Part shown: positions 58,161-64,000 of the stretch, in pieces | Position numbering within the stretch: position 1 is the stretch's first letter | Layout: each line of letters starts with the position of its first letter | Origin: Flavobacteriales bacterium | GTDB taxonomy: Bacteria; Bacteroidota; Bacteroidia; NS11-12g; UBA955 | Direction: 5' to 3' | Assembly (NCBI GenBank): GCA_002737705.1 | Contig: NSIM01000001.1 | Span: forward strand, 66,472-130,471 | Length of the DNA stretch: 64,000 nt | Position numbers and translations under genes: made by a program | Notes under the pieces: model-generated | What the model saw: the letters and a program-made list of their open reading frames with translations, nothing else | What the model was told of the DNA's origin: nothing | The model's database searches: none

Positions 58161-59336
58161 ATGGCAGAAGCGAGGCTTAGAAATATTGATGGGTTAAAGG
58201 GCGTGCTTTTGTTTTTGGTGATTATTGGCCATGTATTACAAGGCAAGGTCGATCAGCATTTTGGGCGCTATGTTATTTACAGTTTTCACATGCCACTTTT
58301 TATTGGAATTTCGGGCTATTTATTTTCTATTGAAAAAATGCGCGCCTTGGATTTGAAGGGGTTTTTGGAAAAATATTTTCTTCGCGTTTTGCTGCCTTGG
58401 ACTTTGGCTATGCTTGTTTTTGCATGGTATTTGGGAGGGTTCAATGCAAATCCTCGGGATTGGAGTATACTCAATGGCGGGAGGAATTTAACGCACCTTC
58501 AATCTTGGAGTCATTATATTTTGCAGCCCTATTATCATTTGTGGTTTGTACCCGCATATTTGTTTTGGTCGTTTGTAGTTTGGATATTCATTAAATTCGG
58601 ATTTGACAGGGTGAAATTGCTCATAACGGGTGTGGCAGTGGGACTAATATTTTTTTGGATTAAAAACGAATACAGAGATTTTTTTACCCCATATCTGGGT
58701 CCGGAACTGGGCGGTTCTGTTTTATGGACCCTTCGATTGTTTTATTTTCTTTTTTTTGTATTGGGAATATTTTTACGGGGATTGCCCCCGAGGGGTCATA
58801 ATCGTTCTGTCACCGATCGCTCTCATCCCAGTATTGCTGGTTCAAACCCCCAAAAACCACCCTCATTTACCCTGAATCCCTTGGGTTCACAGCTGAAAAA
58901 TCCTGTGTTTATTAAAGCGGAAAATCCTACCGAAAACAAGCTTGCAGGACCAAAAAACACAGTTTTTTGGTCCTGCGGAGTGGGGTTTTTATTGCTGTAT
59001 TGGAGTTTTTTTTGGACCATCTCCAATCCCCATGAATATGTAAATGCGAAAGATGGGATTATGATTATAGGCAATGTGCTATTCATGGTTTGGTTATTCG
59101 GCATGATGCGAATAGATGCGCTGCCTAAAGTTGCTTGGATTGAATGGTTGGGGGCCAATTCGTTGGGGATGTATTTATGGCATGTGCTTCCCTTGCTCAT
59201 GATTAAAGATTGGATGGGAACAAATCATCTCTATTCTTTTTATGGCTGTGTTTTCATGGCTGAACTGCTTTTGTTTGGGCTCTTTATCTTGATCAAACGA
59301 AATAGGGTTACATCCTTGGCATTTTTGGGTGTATAA
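58161..59336 (+). CDS. Acyltransferase family 3 membrane protein with an internal hydrophilic insertion of about 60 aa
   Basis: IDGLKG..LVIIGH, YSFHMPLF..ISGY, HLWF, LGANSLGMYLWH. Confidence 0.88.
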   Translation: MAEARLRNIDGLKGVLLFLVIIGHVLQGKVDQHFGRYVIYSFHMPLFIGISGYLFSIEKMRALDLKGFLEKYFLRVLLPWTLAMLVFAWYLGGFNANPRDWSILNGGRNLTHLQSWSHYILQPYYHLWFVPAYLFWSFVVWIFIKFGFDRVKLLITGVAVGLIFFWIKNEYRDFFTPYLGPELGGSVLWTLRLFYFLFFVLGIFLRGLPPRGHNRSVTDRSHPSIAGSNPQKPPSFTLNPLGSQLKNPVFIKAENPTENKLAGPKNTVFWSCGVGFLLLYWSFFWTISNPHEYVNAKDGIMIIGNVLFMVWLFGMMRIDALPKVAWIEWLGANSLGMYLWHVLPLLMIKDWMGTNHLYSFYGCVFMAELLLFGLFILIKRNRVTSLAFLGV

Positions 59337-59677
59337 TACCAATAAAAATTCTCCAATAAATACGCACCTCGGAGGCAGAATTCTTCAACGTAAAAGCGAA
59401 TCATCGCATGGGGTATTTTCGAATAAACAATTTTTAAAAAGCCGCGGCTGAATTACAATTAAGAGATGTAAAACGTGCCGTAAGTTCTCAACAAAATGGC
59501 TACACTACCCACCTGTTTTGTCAAAGAAAAAACGAATGGTTCGAACACCATTTTGATATTTCAATGTTGCCTTTACCCGATGTATTGCTTGTCGCAAAAC
59601 TGTTCAAGAATCAGATTTTTGATACCAGATTGGGAAAATACGCATGTTGACTATTTAGGGTTATTTTCGTGGCCATT

Positions 59678-60562
59678 ATGAACCAACACGCGTATATTTT
59701 TCCCGGACAGGGAAGTCAGTTTGTGGGTATGGGTAAAGACCTATACGAAAACAATATCCAAGCCAAAGAAATGTTCGAACAGGCCAATAAAATATTGGGT
59801 TTTCGAATTACAGATCTCATGTTTTTTGGAACGGATGAAGATTTGCGTCAAACGCGTGTAACCCAGCCCGCTATTTTCTTACACAGTGTTATTCGGGCAG
59901 CCATTATGGGCAAGGGTTTTAGACCATCGATGGTGGCAGGACATAGTTTGGGAGAGTTTAGCGCCTTAGTATCTGCAGGAGCTTTACAGTTTGAAGATGG
60001 GTTAAGATTGGTAGAGCAACGTGCTTTGGCTATGCAACAGGCTTGTGAAATGCAAGCCGGAACCATGGCAGCGGTTTTGGCTTTAGAGGATTCTATCGTC
60101 GAATCTGTATGTGTTGAAACAGAGGGGATTGTGGTCCCTGCCAATTATAATTGTCCAGGGCAATTGGTTATTTCGGGTGCCTATGCGGCTGTTGAATTGG
60201 CTTGTGAAGGCATGAAAATTGCCGGTGCCAAACGCGCCCTGATTTTGCCCGTCGGAGGTGCTTTTCACAGTCCTTTGATGGAACCTGCCCGTGTAAGGCT
60301 TGCCAGAGCCATTGAAGCAACAGAATTCAAGGAACCCATGTGTCCTGTATACCAAAATGTGACCGCAAGTTCCGCAATCAATAAAGAAGAAATCAAGCAC
60401 AATTTGGTGACCCAATTAACCGCACCTGTTCGTTGGAACCAAAGTGTTTTGGCCATGGTATCTGATGGGGCAACAGTTTTTACAGAAATCGGCCCGGGAA
60501 AAGTGTTGCAGGGATTGTCGCGAAAAATCGCCCCTCAGGTTGAAGCTGAAAGCACTGCCTAA
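59678..60562 (+). CDS. fabD: Malonyl-CoA:ACP transacylase
   Basis: FPGQGSQ, TQPA, GHSLGE, ANYN, GAFHSPLM, EIGPG. Confidence 0.96.
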   Translation: MNQHAYIFPGQGSQFVGMGKDLYENNIQAKEMFEQANKILGFRITDLMFFGTDEDLRQTRVTQPAIFLHSVIRAAIMGKGFRPSMVAGHSLGEFSALVSAGALQFEDGLRLVEQRALAMQQACEMQAGTMAAVLALEDSIVESVCVETEGIVVPANYNCPGQLVISGAYAAVELACEGMKIAGAKRALILPVGGAFHSPLMEPARVRLARAIEATEFKEPMCPVYQNVTASSAINKEEIKHNLVTQLTAPVRWNQSVLAMVSDGATVFTEIGPGKVLQGLSRKIAPQVEAESTA

Positions 60563-60759
60563 TCGTGTTGGTGGTATTCTGGTTGCTGGAGCAGACACCC
60601 ACTTTTCCGGCAGCGCAAATTTGGACAACGAACAGCAGGTTCCACTTGGGTCTTGATTTGTTACAATATGTAGCAAATTCGTCTAAACGGCACAAAAATG
60701 GGTTCATTGTATTGAATATGAACTGCTTGTTATGGGCGATTAAGAAATCTCCTGATTGC

Positions 60760-63700
60760 TTATTGGTCTCGGAGCAAATTAATAGAACCGGAGAATAATT
60801 TTGGAGCCTTATTATAGCGGCTTTTGATAATATCAAGTTGGTAAAAATAGGTGCCACTTGGCAATTCTGGACCGCTGTTGTTTACTTTCCCATTCCAACA
60901 TAGTTTTAGGTTTTCGGTATAAAAAACCCGTTCGCCCCAGCGATTAAATACCCGCAATTCTGCCTTGTCGCAGTCGGGTGAAAGCCCGAATACCCTAAAA
61001 CAATCATTTTTATTATCACCATTGGGTGTAAACACATTGGCAATTAAGATTTCATGGGTCGAATCGCTGTTAACCAAAACGGGAATTGAGAGTGTGTCAA
61101 GACAACCAGAGCGTGTATTTTTTAGCAAAATAAGGGGAGTATATTGTCCGGATTTGTATTGATAATTTTTTTGGATGAGGCCATTTCCCGCAGTAATTTG
61201 TGTTTGAGATCCGTCACCAAAATTCCAAAAAACAGAGTCGGTATTTGTTATGTCAAGGTGGAAATCAATTCCAGACCCACAGATTGTTTCACTGTAGGTT
61301 ATACTCCCTTTTGGCGTAACAAGTATTTGGATCGTTTGCTTGGAACTCGCCAATGGATTGCATGAATTTGAATCTTTTACTGTGAGTGAAATGCTATAGG
61401 TTCCGGAGTCTTTGTATAGATGACTTGGATTTATAGAATGGGAGGTGTCTCCATCGCCAAAATCCCAAAGGTACTGTGCTTTGTAAATGTTGGCCTGTTT
61501 GAAGAAAACGGGAGCATTGCGACAAAGTCTTTTCGGGTTGACAGTAAAAATAGCATCGATAGCATAACCCAATCGAAAATCCAATTTAAAACTGGCATTC
61601 GAACAACGAACACTCACATTATTTTTAAAGGCTACATTGGCAGGCGAAGTAGGAAAATCATTGAGGCCAGGGGGGGTGTTGGGGCAACTGGCACAGACGC
61701 TTTGGTATATTACCCCACGCTTGTCGAAGCGACTGGTTCCTCCATCTACATGGTCAGCGCTTTTGTTTCCTCCATAGTAGGAGGCATATTTAAGATTTTT
61801 GGCATCTTTTCCAAGTACAATGAGGTAAAAATCTTTGTTATCGGTTGTTTTTTGGTGTGCGTCTATTGTAATGGGTAAGCCAGATGTGCTGCCAGAGTTG
61901 CCCACCCCAATCACCGAGCCCCATCCGCTAAAGTAAATATTATAACAATTATCGACCATAAAGGCAGAAGGACTTAATTCGGGTTGGCCAGTGGTTCGGT
62001 TTCCAAATGTGGTTACAAATTCTTCTGTTTTGAGATCATTGCCAAACCTTCCAATAAATTGTGCACTGTTATTCTTGCCATAGGTTCCTGCACTCCGGTT
62101 GATGTTCCCTTCGGTTTGACCCGTAAAATATACTTTCTGTTGAATGTCTAAATCAATAAAGTAAACCTGATCATATTCTTCGCTACCCCAGTATGTCCCA
62201 ACTTCATAGTTTCCAGTATTTTGTCTCAAACGAAGCACATAGCCATCAATATTTCCTTTGCCTGTTTTTAAGAATCCATTGCCTACCATTGGAAAATTTC
62301 CACTTGAAGTACCCCCCCCCACAAATACATGGGCAGAATCATCAATTTTGATTGAATAGGCTGCATCATCTTTGGTTCCGCCAATGAGGGTAGACCAAAT
62401 CAAGCCTGAAAGATTTGGATTAATACACAAAATGGCCGCATCGGTAGCCCCATTGGGTTTGCTTTGAAAAGCACCTGGTGTTGTCGGAAAATCGTCAGAG
62501 CGTGTACAGGTTGCCAAATAAATATTGCCACGCGTATCTGTAGTTATATCACCGCGGTAATTGTCGGCATAGTTATAAATTAAATCAGTAGAGGGCGATT
62601 CAGTTTGAAATCCATCGGCATCCTGTCCACCGATCAATGTCCCGGCGAGCAACTGCGTTCCATTTGTGCTGAGTTTATTGATAAAAATATCATAATCTCC
62701 CTGGTGAATATCGCTAAAAGCCGAATCGGTTTGTACCGGGAAATTTGTAGAGAGGGTAGTTCCAAAGACCAATAAATTGTTGTCGGAGTCTACACACAGG
62801 CTGTGGGGGTATTCGTCATCATCCCCACCCATATAGGTTGCATACAGGAGTTTGCTTCCGTCTGCACTGTATTTGCTTATCGAAATATCACACGGAAGGG
62901 TAACCGGGGGAGATCCGATACCTCCTCCTCCGTAATTGGTTTGGAATGCCCCCGTTGTTACCGGGTATTTTTGGATGCTCGCGTCTACAATTCCTCCAGA
63001 ATACAAACACCCTGCAGTATCAAAGGTTGCAGTAAAACCAAAATTGTCGCCCTGAGAACCACTATAGGTACTGAACACCAAAATTGGATCTATCGTAAGC
63101 ACTTGGCCTGTGTCGTATTTGCCCACTGAAAGTCCTATGAGGTGGTCAGTTCTATGGGTGTATCTGCAGAGAATGGGTTTTATTTTTTTTGTGATGGCCA
63201 TTACTTGGCTTGCCACTGGTGCTTGAATAAGCCATTTTCCCACCGATGTTGTGGTGATAATTTGATTATTTTTAAGGTTAAATATTGAGCTAGAGTCAAT
63301 GCGCAAGGCAATGTCGTTGGGATGGGAACCGGGGTGTAAAATCCAATCAAACTCGAGGTGATCGCCTACAAAATAAATTGCAATATCGATACGGGGGTAT
63401 ACTTCACGCAAAATTATTTTTGCTGCGGGCTGCACATTATTTTTCCAATACGCGGGATTATTTCCGAGGAAATAGTTTTCGTAAAAGGGGGCCAAATTTT
63501 CGTAATCAATGCGTTTGGGTGTTTGGGAAAATGCAAATTCAATGTCACTCACATGGTAGCGAAGTACAAATAGAGAATCAGTGCTCCGATAATGAAAGGC
63601 CTTGTGCTTAATGGCTATATCGTCGGGATGACTACTTACAATGCGGATTCCATTTTTACGTATGTATACCGACCCGCCTGGAATATTGGCTTTGGCGATG

Positions 63701-63900
63701 CTCGTAATGTCATTACTCCACTGACCCTTGTTTGGGCTGAAGTATAATTGTTGGCTCGATGGGCTATCTTCTTTTTGCTGTGAATTATTTTTAGGGCGTT
63801 TTTTTTCTGTGAAAACACCATGATGGGCATTAGCCTTTGATGGCTTTGCATTTGCCAAGAACACAAAACAAAGAATATGAATGAATAACCAGATTCTCAA
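60760..63900 (-). CDS. Large surface protein with beta-propeller (SBBP-like) repeats, PKD domains and a gliding-motility/T9SS type B C-terminal domain
   Basis: F.PNKGQW, VYPRID, LTIDP...STY.G, TxSxDFP repeats, WDFGDG, NVFTPNGDNKND, FNRWGE, GTYFY. Confidence 0.9.
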   Translation of the reverse strand: MRIWLFIHILCFVFLANAKPSKANAHHGVFTEKKRPKNNSQQKEDSPSSQQLYFSPNKGQWSNDITSIAKANIPGGSVYIRKNGIRIVSSHPDDIAIKHKAFHYRSTDSLFVLRYHVSDIEFAFSQTPKRIDYENLAPFYENYFLGNNPAYWKNNVQPAAKIILREVYPRIDIAIYFVGDHLEFDWILHPGSHPNDIALRIDSSSIFNLKNNQIITTTSVGKWLIQAPVASQVMAITKKIKPILCRYTHRTDHLIGLSVGKYDTGQVLTIDPILVFSTYSGSQGDNFGFTATFDTAGCLYSGGIVDASIQKYPVTTGAFQTNYGGGGIGSPPVTLPCDISISKYSADGSKLLYATYMGGDDDEYPHSLCVDSDNNLLVFGTTLSTNFPVQTDSAFSDIHQGDYDIFINKLSTNGTQLLAGTLIGGQDADGFQTESPSTDLIYNYADNYRGDITTDTRGNIYLATCTRSDDFPTTPGAFQSKPNGATDAAILCINPNLSGLIWSTLIGGTKDDAAYSIKIDDSAHVFVGGGTSSGNFPMVGNGFLKTGKGNIDGYVLRLRQNTGNYEVGTYWGSEEYDQVYFIDLDIQQKVYFTGQTEGNINRSAGTYGKNNSAQFIGRFGNDLKTEEFVTTFGNRTTGQPELSPSAFMVDNCYNIYFSGWGSVIGVGNSGSTSGLPITIDAHQKTTDNKDFYLIVLGKDAKNLKYASYYGGNKSADHVDGGTSRFDKRGVIYQSVCASCPNTPPGLNDFPTSPANVAFKNNVSVRCSNASFKLDFRLGYAIDAIFTVNPKRLCRNAPVFFKQANIYKAQYLWDFGDGDTSHSINPSHLYKDSGTYSISLTVKDSNSCNPLASSKQTIQILVTPKGSITYSETICGSGIDFHLDITNTDSVFWNFGDGSQTQITAGNGLIQKNYQYKSGQYTPLILLKNTRSGCLDTLSIPVLVNSDSTHEILIANVFTPNGDNKNDCFRVFGLSPDCDKAELRVFNRWGERVFYTENLKLCWNGKVNNSGPELPSGTYFYQLDIIKSRYNKAPKLFSGSINLLRDQ

Positions 63901-64000
63901 TGCAGTAATACAATAACAAAGTTATTGAAAACAAAAGACCATTTTTCGTTGCCTTGATAAATGAAGACGGGTTTTTTGAAATTGGGTATCTAAGAAACGA

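Noticed and set aside
1-64000. CRISPR arrays, IS elements, prophage, tRNA/rRNA, defence or retroelement genes
   Set aside because: No regularly spaced repeats, transposase/integrase/reverse transcriptase motifs or cloverleaf patterns seen by eye; a dedicated scan was not possible.

Overview
This is a 64-kb core-genome segment of a Bacteroidota bacterium. The assignment rests on TAnnTTTG -7 promoters, no obvious Shine-Dalgarno motifs, signal peptides cleaved before Gln, and four T9SS-cargo proteins. It holds about 50 mostly housekeeping CDSs (rlmB, ugd, rlmN, der, folA, nadK, htpG, recX, ffh, pdxH, fabI, kdsC, mce, iscSUA, leuS, obgE, two SurA-like PPIases, nth, lplA, lptB, a DEAD-box helicase, fabD), a short SRP RNA (ffs) and one nonsense-interrupted pseudogene. 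I found no transposase, integrase, phage, CRISPR, tRNA, rRNA or defence genes, and no clear-cut novel multi-gene system. The most unusual signals are architectural. (1) Several otherwise ordinary proteins (DHFR, an acyltransferase, a ChaN-like protein, a VPS10/BNR protein) carry in-frame Pro/Ser/Asn/Lys-rich insertions of about 25-65 aa, several bounded by DNA hairpins or short direct repeats. (2) Several 130-230-nt intergenic spacers fold into nested long-range inverted repeats, and micro-duplications are common. (3) Many -7 boxes sit only 4-8 nt from the start codon, suggesting widespread leaderless mRNAs. (4) htpG has a sigma-54-type promoter with repeated flanking boxes. (5) The helicase has a structured three-way-junction 5' leader. 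All family calls come from motif recognition by eye; no database searches or folding computations were run.
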